Position numbers and translations under genes: made by a program. Shown one piece after another: positions 25,901-39,600 of a DNA stretch of 54,372 nucleotides; within the stretch, counting starts at the first letter, position 1; every line of letters begins with the position of its first letter. The DNA is from Phoronis australis. Taxonomy: Eukaryota; Animalia; Phoronida. Under the pieces are notes generated by a model. The model ran no database searches and was not told the DNA's origin. It worked only from the letters and a program-made list of their open reading frames with translations. The DNA lies in the NCBI GenBank assembly GCA_002633005.1, contig NMRA01000917.1:45204-99575 (forward strand), in the 5' to 3' direction.

Positions 25901-28538
25901 CAGATTTCAGAAGATTAGATACGTTAAAACTGCTGTTTCAGTATTTCCCTAGGCAATTTGCCAAATATATCAAGTCTGCTTTTGAACTTAGAAGGCGACG
26001 CAGTTACATGTACAGTTATGGTAGGCCTACATCTGACTTGTGTGGTTAAAGTGACTAACAAGCCCAACTGGGCTGGGCACTTATCTTTCTTACGAATGCT
26101 ATACCTATAACTGTTTGATTTAGTGTGCTTGTCACTATAATAAATAAACACTACTACTACTACTACTACAATAGTTCTATTTTTGCATATTTCAGCTTTC
26201 ATGTACGGATTAGTTGGCATCTGTTTTGCGTTTGGCGCTGGTCACATGGGTGGCGTACTCCAATCTGCACTTGCAGTGTTCGGGGCTGTAGGTGGCGTTA
26301 TCGTTGGTCTATTATTTCTTGGCATCCTGTTTCCTCATTGTGGCACCAAGGTAATAATATAATCTAGTTGACGTCATTGGGAGTTTTGTACAGCTCGACA
26401 GTAATGTCGCTCTGGTGCAGAGTTTGTTAAAAACGATGCCACATTCGTTGTTGAATAACTCTACATTATTAGGATATGCGTAATAATTTGAAAAATGCAA
26501 GGCTTGATCAGAACTACTTACAGTACGCACATTGCAAATTGCCTGACTATGAGCTTTCGTCGACAACTATAAAACGAGACATTTCTGAAACAAACGCATT
26601 TGTTGAGATCATCAGGAAGCATAGTGTCAAGTGCCCAACAACTTGTAAGGTTATTCGTTTAAAACTTCAAATATCCTTTTACCCTGTGACGTTTTTTATT
26701 CCTTGTTTGGTGATTTTTATCAGCTTTTGTGTACTTGCATCCCAAAAAGTCCATAATATACAAAAATTGGCGATTGGCTTTTGAACTTTTGAGCTACGTG
26801 AATCAGCTGAGAACCTACGAAATCGACTGGCAAGATGAAAGGCTGTTTTTCAATCATATATCGTAGGTTTGTGACTTTTGTAGCTTGCATTTAAACCATT
26901 TTCATTTTTCAGAGTGCTTACATAGCCTCCATGGCTGCTTTAGCATTGATGCTTTGGATCTTCATTGGCTCAAGAATTTATCCGCCGCCCCCTCAGTACC
27001 ACCTCCCAAGATCAACGGATGGATGTGCGACGCGCAATGGCAGCCATCTTAACATCAGCCGTTTTAACGGCTTATATTTCGATGACAGCCAATTTAATGA
27101 ATCCAGCTACATAATCGTGGCACAGCTCAACCAGGTTGTTACGCCGTTAGTTGCTACTACAAACGACTCTTCGCTTGACAAAAAACGGTGCGGATCTTGC
27201 TGACTTTATCTGCTATAACCCTGCCTTCTGTCAAAGGCAAAAATAACTTTTGAGCCCTCATAGTTATAAAACTGGTCTGAATTTCGTATACGCCAAACCT
27301 GCACGACAATAGTTAGTGTGATCAAGTTTTTTGCTTGAAATGCATTTCGTATTGATTTATTTACGCGAGTGTATTGCGCCTGCTGAAAGGGCACCATAGC
27401 CCGGTTGCATAAAACAATATCTGAAATTGAGACTCAACTAAGTTCCCTAAATCTGATGCATGTTTTTTCTTTGTTTAATCAAAAAATTTCCTATCCTTTT
27501 ATCTTTATTACGCCGAGAATGTTTTCAAACACCGGACTGTCAGTACAGTGTACTATCAACGCCCGGGAGCGTTAATACCACTTTCTTAGCAGAATTTAGT
27601 GAATGTTAGAATTTGGTCATTTTGATTGAATGTAAAATTGTGTGAGCTTTGAATTAAATATAGTATAGGCCGACAGACTGTCTCGGCTTGGGTGAGCTAT
27701 TCCTGTGAATGACCATCTAATCATTTTCAGACCAGTCATCGCCGCCTTGTACGCCCTGTCTTATCAATGGTATGCGATGGTTGCTGTGTTAATCGTATGT
27801 TTGGCTGGAGTCCTAAGCAGCTTTGTTTTTGGTGAGTGCTTTTTCTTTTAAAATAAGAGTGCAGCTAAGCATAAAATGTGAAGGATATTAACGTTGGTAT
27901 CTTTGCACACTGTGTTAACGTTAAAATCCAGAGTGAGTTGGGGGAGGTTGGACGAAATAGTTGGCAACCACAGAGAGAGAGGGCGAGAGGGGGAGAGAGA
28001 GAGAGAGAGGGGCAGAGAGGGGGANNNNNNNNNNNNNNNNNNNNNNNNNNNNNNNNNNNNNNNNNNNNNNNNNNNNNNNNNNNNNNNNNNNNNNNNNNNN
28101 NNNNNNNNNNNNNNNNNCCTAAGCAGCTTTGTTTTTGGTGAGTGTTTTTTCTTTTAAAATAAGAGTGCAGCTAAGCATAAAATGTGAAGGATATTAACGT
28201 TGGCATCTTTGCACACTGTGTTAACTTTAAAATCCAGAGTGAGTTGGGGGAGGTTGGACGAAATAGTTGGCAACCACAGAGAGAGAGGGCGAGAGGGGGA
28301 GAGAGGGAGAGAGCCAGAATTAAAATCAGGGTGCACTTACAATTACACTTTATATTTTCGAAACTCTGTACTTGTGCGTGAAAGTGTAACTGTGTGCCCA
28401 TGAAATCTGTCAATTTTCTTTACAGGAGCGACACCTCTCAGAGACGTTGATGCTCGTCTGATATCGCCATTCGTGGTTCATCTGTATTGCTGGTTATCTA
28501 GAGAACAAAAAGACTTGTTCCGAAAGAAACATGAAGTG
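16914..28538 (+). CDS. Sodium:solute symporter, SLC5A5/A6/A8/A12 (NIS/SMVT/SMCT-like) subfamily; spliced, extreme C-terminus unresolved
   Basis: Phase-consistent exons: 16914-17060, 17719-17910, 18681-18746, 19721-19840, 20534-20694, 21497-21637, 22449-22578, 23484-23572, 24789-24901, 26196-26350, 26913-27187, 27731-27831, 28426-~28538. Translation gives SSS hallmarks: [89 protein letters not shown]...[34 protein letters not shown]. Possible further exons near 28906-28940 and 29107-29232 are uncertain. One-to-one orthology cannot be assigned by eye. Confidence 0.93.
21944..22157. mobile_element. Fold-back MITE (long imperfect inverted repeat) in an SLC5 intron
   Basis: cattcggaacatctgggatttattcgtagcctcatgttttccatcgga aligns with the reverse complement of the right arm, catacagaacaccgtaggtattttcgtaacctcagatttcccctcgga. 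Confidence 0.6.
23310..23386. repeat. Degenerate (GT)n/(GTGC)n microsatellite
   Basis: Direct reading of the sequence. Confidence 0.85.
25301..26166 (+). mobile_element. 5'-truncated non-LTR retrotransposon (RTE-X-like C-terminal zinc-binding region) with (CTA)n tail and 11-bp TSD
   Basis: ORF 25342-26049 contains KLRTY..FK...EPY...[17 protein letters not shown]...ERLCLCC...[12 protein letters not shown]...R..LF. It is followed by AATAAA and (CTA)n. TACAATAGTTC is duplicated at 25290-25300 and 26167-26177. The clade assignment is tentative. Confidence 0.88.
27812..28312. repeat. About 200-bp near-identical duplication across a 93-N gap, ending in a (GA)n tract (likely assembly artefact)
   Basis: 27812-28024 is repeated at 28118-~28312 with a few SNPs; N run at 28025-28117. 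Confidence 0.85.
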
Positions 28539-29277
28539 GCAAGTTCGGAACATTTTTTGCTCAAACGTTACATTTGAGATACCTCTAGCTAAAATATTGG
28601 ATTGTCCGTCCTGTGCAATAAGGACGCCTACATGTAAAAGGTATAAAAGTCGAGTTTTACAGTAAGGTCACGAATTCCGTCTTTGGTCTATATGTTGTGG
28701 GCGGAGCTCACCGGTGTTACCTATACCAGAATGAACCACTTCACTTATTTCATATTTATCTATCGCTAGGTGTTTGAGTGACAGCTTAACTGACCAATCA
28801 CAACACAGCATTCTTGGCACACTTTCGTTTCCATGTCGCCATTTTACCCGACAAACAACATGTGGCCGGGTAAAACTCATTGTTTATTTGTCGACATTTT
28901 GCAAGGGGGCGGAGCTTGCGATAGGTCAATTACATGAAAGGTTGGCCAATTGATGCCTTGAACATGGTGCACTTAAGATGATTCTAAGTGGACATTCCTA
29001 AACATCTGAAGGAGTGGGCTGAACATACAGAAATTTGACTAGTCTAGAATATTTGTTGGTAATGTATGGACTGAGGCATATTCTTTCTGTTCCTAATATA
29101 TTACAGTGAAGAACTCATTGCCAGCAAGATAGGACACTTCCTCTGTCGTGATCCGTTAGAACAAGCATGGACATTTTTGCCCTATTTCTGCAAAATGAAA
29201 ACTAGTATATGCACACGATACATGACGTCATGAAGATCACTAAGGCATCCATCTATGGCAGATCACTTCTTTACTTA

Positions 29278-31731
29278 CATGTAGCTTATCCAATCCATGC
29301 AGATTTTCTGTATTAAAATTTTTGCTTTCTCCGAAACTTAATGTAAAGTTCATGGGCTTGCTTTCATGAAGCGAAATTATTCTACATGTACTTTTGCTGT
29401 AGGCCTACGCCTCATCCGGGTAAATGTTGACGCTCCATTACACGCGTTGTCATGGCTTCATGTATGACTTGACGTAACTCATTGTCCAAACAATTCAGAA
29501 TTCACGAGTGAAACCAAGACGTAGTTGAAAGGCCGTCTCATTTTTAATTCAGCTGTTATATTTGGTGTTGTCTTTGCCTACCTCCTTAACCATGTGTAAA
29601 AAGCAATCCGCATTTCTAAATGCTTAAAAGATATATAGTAATAAGAAATTCTAAGGAAATCACCCCCAGCCTTTGGTTATTATAAATACTGTCATAGAAA
29701 GTATATAGACGTTGAGGTTGGCCAATAGTAAAACATATCAAATAATCAAAGAAAAAATATCTGTGTTTACTTGATACAAATATAGTTGAAACCAATCTGC
29801 TTTAAAATTACATGTGACTACAAAATTGATTAGTCACATATTCCCATTTCGGCATGAAAGATGTACGCAATATTACCATTCTCGCCTAATTTTCAATAAA
29901 ACTATTGCACATTTTGATTTCTTGAAGTGTATTTATGGCTTTCATCTACCTTTAATTCAAGGTCAATTCTCCTGCAGAAGATCATGAAATGATGATGGTT
30001 GTGCACGTGACTGAAGACAACGTAACGCATCTGTTAGACGTCAAAGAAGAAGGCGGCTTAATCTTCAAGGGAAGAACCCTCAGCCAAGGAACACAGTTAT
30101 CATGAAACAAACAAATCAATTTAATCAGATAGATTTACATTACATGTACATCTTATGAAAGTAACGTGGTTTCTATGAGTGTTCATGTGTTGTCCTTCAG
30201 CAAATCATAAAACAATCGCAAAATCCGTGCCCAAACCAGTGCTGTAGTGGGGCGTTGGCGCACTTAGGCGCATCCAACCACCTTTTGAAATTTGAACGTA
30301 GCGCCTACGCACCGTAAGTTACTTTCAGGTCTTTATGTGATACGGTGGGCTTTGGGCGCCTACTTACATTTACATGTACAGTGTACCTCTAAGTTTGCCA
30401 CTTCAGCACTGGTCCTAACAAGTCGAAAGAAAGATTTCTTTGTGAAGGATTATGTTGTTGGATTCCTATTTCTACGGTTTTGCTAAGAGAAATAAAAAAA
30501 AAAANCATGTAGCTTATCCAATCCATGCAGATTTTCTGTATTAAAATTTTTGCTTTCTCCGAAACTTAATGTAAAGTTCATGGGCTTGCTTTCATGAAGC
30601 GAAATTATTCTACATGTACTTTTGCTGTAGGCCTACGCCTCATTCGGGTAAATGTTGACGCTCCATTACACGCGTTGTCATGGCTTCATGTATGACTTGA
30701 CGTAACTCATTGTCCAAACAATTCAGAATTCACGAGTGAAACCAAGACGTAGTTGAAAGGCCGTCTCATTTTTAATTCAGCTGTTATATTTGGGGTTGTC
30801 TTTGCCTACCTCCTTAACCATGTGTAAAAAGCAATCCGCATTTCTAAATGTTTAAAAGATATATAGTAATAAGAAATTCTAAGGAAACCACCCCAGCCTT
30901 TGGTTATTATAAATACTGTCATAGAAAGTATATAGACGTTGATGTTGGCCAATAGTAAAACATATCAAATAATCAAAGAAAAAATATCTGTGTTTATTTG
31001 ATACAAATATAGTTGAAACCAATCTGCTTTAAAATTACATGTGACTACAAAATTGATTAGTCACATATTGCCATTTCGGCATGAAAGATGTACGCAATAT
31101 TACCATTGTCGCCTAATTTTCAATAAAACTATTGCACATTTTGATTTCTTGAAGTGTATTTATGGCTTTCATCTACCTTTCATTCAAGGTCAATTCTCCT
31201 GCAGAAGATCACGAAATGATGATGGTTGTGCACGTGACTGAAGACAACGTAACGCATCTGTTAGACGTCAAAGAAGAAGGCGGCTTAATCTTCAAGGGAA
31301 GAACTCACAGCCAAGGAACACAGTTATCATGAAACAAACAAATCAATTTAGTCAGATAGATTTACATTACATGTACATCTTATGAAAGTAACGTGGTTTC
31401 TATGAGTGTTCATGTGTTGTCCTTCAGCAAATCATAAAACAATCGCAAAATCCATGCCCAAACCAGTGCTGTAGTGGGGCATTGGCGATCTTAGGCGCAT
31501 CCAACCACCTTTTGACATTTGAACGTAGCGCCTACGCACCGTAAGTTACTTTCAGGTCTTTATGTGATACGGTGGGCTTTGGGCGCCTACTTACATTTAC
31601 ATGTACAGTGTACCTCTAAGTTTGCCACTACAGCACTGGTCCTAACAAGTCGAAAGAAAGATTTCTTTGTGAAGGATTATGTTGTTGGATTCCTATTTCT
31701 ACGGTTTTGCTAAGAGAAATAAAAAAAAAAA
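29278..31731. repeat. About 1.23-kb tandem duplication joined by a single N (likely two uncollapsed haplotypes)
   Basis: 29278-30504 and 30506-31731 differ only by scattered substitutions and small indels; the junction is a poly-A run followed by N at 30505. Confidence 0.9.
30237..30411. mobile_element. hAT-like MITE (second copy at 31464-31638 within the duplication)
   Basis: TIR CAGTGCTGTAGTGG / CCACTACAGCACTG (perfect in the second copy); 8-bp flanks GCCCAAAC / GTCCTAAC match at 6 of 8 positions. Confidence 0.7.
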
Positions 31732-34700
31732 CACGAAATCAAATACGTTTACTTAGCATGATACACCAGGGCACTCGTGAGGCATCAGGATTCAGACACT
31801 GTGACCAGTCGCATTGAATTCCTATCCCCATTCATCCAAGCAAATTCACGGTTTTGTCCGGAATTCGGAAATGGGGCAAACTGAATTTGAGCCCTGGCAT
31901 TTTAGGTGGATACATTCTAAACATTCCTAGGACAATGCCTCCAGTTTTCGTTTTTTTTTTCTCATTTGTCTCAGCGTGGCCTGTCTGGTGTGCCTGGAGA
32001 CAGATCTGCGCTGCTCTCTCAAAGTAATTTTTCACGTCCTTGGTTTATCTGAGCAGTATGAATAGTCGCGTGTTTTGTTTTCACGCGCACCGTTTAGGTA
32101 GGCGCTGGTGAAGAGAAAGTTGGAATGAAGTATTTTGTTCCGTGGTGAATTGTGATCTATGTCTTCAATTAGGCATTGTTTGCTCTTGATTTGAGTAAAA
32201 TACTGCGGTAAGTTTTAACTAGGAGAACAAACATATGCAATACGTCCGAACGCTTGATATATATATAGACGTAGTTGTAGAAGTAAAGCATCGATGGCAG
32301 AATTATGCATTAACTCTCCAAATAATTTGTCATCCAATATGCATGTCGCATTGCAACAGCCAGAACACCAGATTTGAAAGTTCGTCCATACATGAAAATT
32401 TTGCAAATCTTTTGTGAAAATCGAATAGTACGTCAGAGAACATTCCCGTAGTGGAGGCTAGGTGCTTTTTGTGTGCATAGAACTCTAGCCCTGGAATGCC
32501 AACTCCCGCACGAGTATCGTTGGCCTTAGTACAAAGCTGCATACTTATCGCAGGTATTTATTCCTTTTTATAATGCACTTTCCATTTTTCTTTACCTAAC
32601 CAACTTGGAAATATATAGCAAACAAAACAGTTAGGTAGATCAGGTTTGGCACTATATTCTAAATGGGGTAGCTCTGAACAATCCGTGCGTAAATCCGCAT
32701 TGCTTCTTTGGCGAAAAGTCTTTATTACCTGGGTAACTTTTGAGTTTTGTTTGAAAGGGTCCATTTTCGATAAATTTTTGTTTTGTTTGACTAGATTAAA
32801 ACAAACATTCGGAAGCCAGGAATAATTACTGTACCGTGCGAGGTACTAATAAGACCGCTGTTTTCCTGGTCAATTTGGCATCAAACTCGAACTAACTGGA
32901 TAATCAAAAAATCGTAACAGCGTTTTTGAAACATATCATATATAGAAAAAATATTTTGCTGTCTTCACGTTTAGAGCAGATGAAGTCGGGATTAGAGTTA
33001 CGTTTCGTACGCTCTCGAAAACGGGCTACAATTGTATTAATTTCGCATCTGCATTTTTGCAAGTATAGCTAAAATTGCTGTTAGAAAACGCATCAATAAA
33101 AAATTATCGATATCAGATAGTGACAATGATGAAGTGGCGTTGTAAAGTCGATCATCTTTCCAACCTCACCGACGCATATCCTTAGTGACTGTCATACAGT
33201 AGGATACATGTACACTGGTGAGATCCCGGACAGGGGAAACGGATTGTTTTCGCCTTTCATTAGCTTGATTGTTGTTTTGCGTGATATTCTGGTCGTGTAA
33301 TAGTCTGTAATACACTATGTACATGTAGCTGTACTAAATGTCGCAGTACCATGTATGTATTTCTTAATTTCTCAACTAGATGTGTTGTACTTTACTCTAA
33401 TCCAGTTGCAATCGAACAATGTACAGTGGGAAAGAACGCAGTGGATCTCCTGTGTACGACTATGACGCTGCAAAAAGTGCGCGTGCGTCGATCCAGGAGA
33501 GCTTGGACATATATGATGACGACATACAGGTACAAACGCATGTTTAATGCTTACACAGTGTACAATTTCATATACACATCTTCCCCCATTAGCTTTTTGT
33601 GGACGGACGGTTCTTAATGTAACAACACAACAGCGCTTTTAGATCTCTCGTAAGGTGACAATAATTAATATTTACAACAGCTGACGACTGTATGGGCACC
33701 GTCGTCTCTTTTATACTTTTATACCGGGGTATATCATGCCTGGTAATACTAATTACCCATTGGTATGTCTTCTGGGATATGCGTAACGCGTTCGAACATT
33801 TTATAGAAATACATGTAGGGCGTAGCAAATGCCAAGTTGCATCAAGGCTTCTTTAGTAGAATCTCACACAACCATTGGTGATTTGAGACATACATGTACA
33901 TGTACCTTTTGATAAACCATTGCGCCAAGTGCGGTGCAAACGGGTAAAGTATAATCAAGGTCCATATTCAGTAGCCACTTTTGGTGAACAACAAACTTAG
34001 GTTGTCGTATAACTATAAAAGCTGAATTATTTTAAAGTGCTATCATTTCAGGTTTGTAATCTAAAATAGTTCTGCAAGAGAACCGTCGAAAAAATTATGA
34101 TCTGATACATGTACATTTACATCGCAGTTGTATAACAGGGTACGTACACTACAACTTGTTGCACAACCCCCCGCAAAACATAAGGTAGCTTTTAATTTAC
34201 TGCTGCTTTGATTAACTTGAATAAGTATGACATACTAAGTTAAAAAATCACGATCGTGATGGTTGCTCAACATGTAGATGATGCATTACACAAATTAGCA
34301 CGGTATAATGAAAACTTTTTTCTCATGTTATACAAATTTTCCAAACGGAAAACGATAAGTAACTACTTTCTCAAAAACATTGTTGGTGCTATTTGCCTAG
34401 TTTTCAATACATTCACCAGCTGCTTGAAATAGCTAAAGCAATGCTAGATCAAGTGTTCAACTTGTAAACAGCAAACAAATGGTACTGGTTGGGAGGTACG
34501 TACATGTACACAACGTAATAAAATACACTTAATCAACACTCAATTTTGACACATTTCTCGAAGGTCTGGAGTAACGTGATTGATAGAGCACCTGCCCTTG
34601 CAACATCAGTTGTCACATGAAGTGCCATCTGGCCAAGTCCTGTGTGGCTATCTATTGCCCACAGATTTGAAAATATCCACTGTTTTTGTCAGACTGGGTA

Positions 34701-36194
34701 CATAAAAATACAGCATTCTTGTGCATATCTGCCATTCTTTAAAATAGGCACATGTTAAAATAAAGGGGTAGGCCTACATGTACATGTACGTTCACTACAC
34801 AAATGTTAATATTTCACTCACAACAAAAGTATTTGTAATAAACACCCTTTTAACCTAACATCTTTAGGGAGGAAATTGTCTGTAACCAATTTTTCTCGCT
34901 AACCAAGTGATATTTTAGTTTCATTGCTGTTATTAACATTGGGGTACATCTATGTACACTACAAAAAGAGATACATACAGTTTACGCTGCATCACCGTTT
35001 ATGCACTTTGTGGTAACATGCTGTACAACCAGTTAATATTCTTTGATGATAATAGGGTCCATGTTGTTATTTAAAAGGCAATAATTTCATTTACAATCAC
35101 CATTTGTGTTATCAAATTTCATCTGGGAGAATATGAACGTACACGTACTGTACATGTTGATAGCTCTTTTAGTCCATCTTCAAAATAGCAGAACCCAGTT
35201 TTGGAGATGGAATAATTTGCTGATGCCTTGGCTAACATCTTATGAAGTTCTTTTTATTATAAAATTTGAACTTTATCTGCTAACCTTCCCGACAGATGAG
35301 AGTTATTAACACAGAAATTAGAAATTTCTTAAGAAGTTCCTGTTTAAGGATGAACCTCACCATTTCACACAACTTCGTCTAAGTGATTCTGAAAGGGACT
35401 TCAGTTATTCCTAGTCTATCAAACCAGTTGCTTACTTAATGAAATAAATTTCTTTTCTAGCGTTGACACTTGAAAACTGGATTTTTTAAAATGGTCACGT
35501 GTAACACTAAAATGCATGAAATTCAGGAACTAAAATGCACGAATTATTCAAACACCATCCCATTTTCGGTACATTATCTGTTTTGCATATGAGTTGGCGT
35601 TTGGTAAGTGACCAGGAAATTTTATTTTAGCCCGTAACACAGTCAACTCTCGAATATGGACCATCAACGTGATTTAACAGAAAGCGCAACGTCATCTATG
35701 ATATGACCTTCTTTATCATATGATGGGAATTAAACCAATTTCGTACGACTCCTCAGTTCGCCGTATCTTTTTCGTTGCGTTTTCCGCAGTTTTCTGTAAA
35801 CGCAGTGACGTCAGCGTGTTCAAAATGTTGCATTTTTCGGTGGATGGATACCCTCTGACACAGCGCCACCTATACTGAAAAGTGGCACTGTGGATAGAAC
35901 ATGATGAAAGTGGGTGGGCATCAATGCGCATGCTTAGTTGGAACTTTATTGATCGCATCCCCACCACTTGCACACGCCTTCTACTTGTTTGGGCTTAGCC
36001 ACGGGTTCAGGGTTCCCTTCCTTTGATTTTGTTTACTTCAAACACTGCTCGTTTTAATAAATTGCAACTCTTCAAGTGGAAGGTGGTTGCCATATTACTA
36101 CTTAAAAGTAAACTAAAAGGGGTGTCCCGGATTTCAGCCCGTGGGACTGACTGAATGTTATGAAGTCGGTCTCATTACTTTAAGCAATGAGAAG

Positions 36195-36195
<1 letters not shown>

Positions 36196-36243
<48 letters not shown>
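36196..36243. repeat. (CA)n microsatellite
   Basis: Perfect CA run upstream of CatSper2. Confidence 0.97.
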
Positions 36244-36244
<1 letters not shown>

Positions 36245-36620
36245 CGCTACCTTTCGTAGCGGATGCACGAAATCTGTAACCGTTAAGCCGTGTTTAACAA
36301 AATCTCCAATGTAGTACATTTCTGCGGTTTTGATTGTATGATTTTAGTGGATGCATCTCGATAAAAGCTGCAGCCGTGAAGAAAGTATGGCAGATGACGT
36401 TTATAACAACTTCATCAGGAAATTCACGACATGTTGACCGCGAGATCAGATTTTTTCATGTCATGGAAAACCGCTTTCATGAGAAAGTGCCTTGGTACAT
36501 GTAGCTTCATAATTTTACTGAGTTAGCACATGTATATCACACACTGTATTAAGTGAACGTTGGAAATCAACAAAAACATCGTTATATGCTATCTTTATGC
36601 TGGATTTTTACGATGCGCGT

Positions 36621-39600
36621 ATGTCCAGGGTCAAGCATTGTTCGATGTAAGTCCTGTACATGTAGTGTGAGACTGATATCGTTCATTTTCCACTTAAAGT
36701 TGATCGTAACTAGAACAATGTGCCCGTCAAGCCACTGCTGGTTACAAAAAATTCACTCTGTTGTTCCACGTGATACATCTATGTCTTCCCGTCGACATGC
36801 CTTATCTTTATTAATAGACAACAGCTTGATTTTAAGGACAAGGGGGGATTGATCTCCCCCCACGCAGAGATCTTCCGTTCCCGACTCATCCAGGATTTTC
36901 ATCTCTTGGACTGTATCAGTGAACACGGTAAAGTTGAGGCGCCGACTTTCTTCCCTAAAGATGTACAAGGTAAGGACGATTTCATTATGGGATCAGTTTG
37001 ATGAAAATTGACTTCAGACTATTTCTTATGGGCAAAACGTTGTCTTAAGTTACGACCAAAGTCGAATATTCTGAGGAAAGGCTTTTCATAGCAGGATTTT
37101 GGACTTCGACCTTAACTTGGACAAAGTTGCTGCCTGACAAAAGTGAACACACAGACTACACTGATTCACCACATCTTACGAATTCTCAAATGGTGCACAA
37201 ATACTGTGCAGTTTCAAGAAAAATCTTGGTCTTGATGCTGTGCGTCATAACCGATCTTGAGATTAAGCTGGATTCCAAGTTCATGAACAGCATTGGAACT
37301 TTAAATTTGGATTTATTTACACTTTGGTTACAATTGGGATTGCCTTTTCTTGAGAAGACTCTGCTTTTTTACCATTAGATGCAATTACTTGATGGTTCCT
37401 GTTTTAGGTCAAATAAACACTAGGAAACCAACAACAGGCGTTTTTTCGAATATTTCATGTGCAAACTGCACCACTTCATATATGCAGCGTGTACAAGGTC
37501 TAAACGTTTCATTACTTTACTTAGAACATCACCAGTGTGGAAACCCATACTGCAGAATGGTCAAGCACCAGAGTGACAGACACAAAATAAAAAGGAATAT
37601 CGGCGGTAGTCACGGGAAGATTTGTAACTTGGTGAAAGGCTACTGTCATTCAAAGATGGGGATGATGTAGAATCAAGGATGTAGTCATTTTTATTGTTGT
37701 TTGTATTTAACATGAGCACAGTCCCAGAAAACGTTCTCTCGTTATATCCATGTTCTCCTTTACTAATAAGACCGACCTCAGAGGAATAGGAGACACTTTT
37801 GTGCAATGTTCAACTGTCAGCCAGTGAAGCCAGGATTCCAACCTACGTAGGTCCCCCAAACACAGTCCAGAGCTCAAACCACTGAGACCACTGTCTCCTT
37901 TTTAATATGCAATTGTCATTGCATACACACGCGATATCGTTGTCATGGTGCGCGGTAGTGACATGCCGAATAACTGCGTTGTTTTTCTTGGTAGAAAGAT
38001 TGCCTGTCTTGGAAATGCACATTAAATGACTTCATTGACTGGCGCAACTTTGTTAACAAGATCGTTTATTTGCTGTTTGAGACTGTGACTTGGATGGTCG
38101 GTGAAAGAAATGGTGGTATATGGCTTTTCGGTCAGACGTTAACAATTTTAATTTAAAACAAAGTACATGTACACGTTATCCTTAAGTTGGCAACATTAAA
38201 AGAGAACTACTCCGCATATTTAAAAGCTTACGTTTCCCCCAGTTGCATTCATTGCGCATACGGTATGCAAACACCAGCTGTCTATTTTATGAAAGGTGAC
38301 CTATGACTAAAAAACAACAATTCGTCTTCACTACTATTTCTGAAAAAAATTAAAACCCAGCTTCGCAAACGAAGAAAGAACCTGGAAATGTGCTACATGT
38401 ACGTGTACTAAATTCACGGCTGAAAATGTATTCGTTATTTTTGAAGCGGAAAAGTCTGTCCAAATTTCTGACTTGAGTCATTAAGTCACTTTTCATGAAA
38501 CAGAGCTCAGTACATGAACATGCACTGGTTTTGAGAAAGTTGATGATCTGGCTGAATGCACTGTATACATGTAATGAAGAAAACCTCAACAGACGCATTT
38601 AATTGTTTTCGCGCTGACAGATGAAGACACGGCCAGGAAGGCAATGAGCGGGGGCCCTTTCAAACTTGTCCAATTTCACCGGTACTCGGCCGCCGACAAA
38701 CTCCTGCTTTCGCTGAATGACAGGCGCAAGAACAGGATCAAGAATCGCCTCAACGATAACCCGCCCCTTGACATGTGGGCGCATTGGATTGTGGATTGTA
38801 TCCTTCACAAATTGTTCGCACAAGTTTCTCTGTACCGACGTGTGTTGAAGTGATTATCCGTATTAATTTAATTCAGTTGTGACAAAAATACTATGTACCC
38901 ATTTCACTTTTTCATACACGTTAAATCTGAACATTCTATTATTGATACTTTTAACAATTAACGTATTTGAAATTCTGAATATTTGGTATGCAATCGTATG
39001 CGGCGGTTCCGCTAGGCGTGCTTCTATTCAAATCTCAGTTGTCACAAAGGGCCATGGTAAAGTGAAATGAAAATGTGTGTGAAGGATTGTAAATTGCAGC
39101 AACATTTTCGGAAGTTTGAACACACACAAATATTTGAATTGTCATTAACAACAAAAAAGTTTTGAAAAGAATTTCGGTAGCTGGATTTCAGGCATCGCCT
39201 TGGCAATGAGGCAGTGCGTGTACATGTAATCATAATACTTCTTTAAATGGACTTACAACATGGAGAAAAAGTCCACGCAATGTTTATACTCACCGGCTCT
39301 CTCAGGACAGCTAATTATTAAACATTTATATATCATAACAGTGAAGGCGTAATGTGATGGGGTCCACTACCACATAACGCTGATCGATTCAAAGCTTCGA
39401 CATTTGCACGTTGTTAATTCCATATTACCAAAATACCAGGTCTTGCTCCCCTAGTGAATGTCCCGTGCTCCAGAGTAATTGGATTGCACTCCGTTGGCTT
39501 ACGTGAATATACTTGAACAGTAGTTGCCCCAAAAGCTCTTTGCACATGGATCAGAATCAGTGAATTATATCCCATAGGTTACACATCCCAGTCTCCAAAA

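Noticed and set aside
25342-26049. Longest ORF (235 aa) as a nested host gene
   Set aside because: It is the C-terminus of a 5'-truncated LINE ORF2, bounded by a TSD and a repeat tail.
37820-37898. tRNA gene
   Set aside because: A and B boxes are present, but the B box is mutated, there is no proper acceptor or anticodon stem and no poly-T terminator; better explained as a SINE head.
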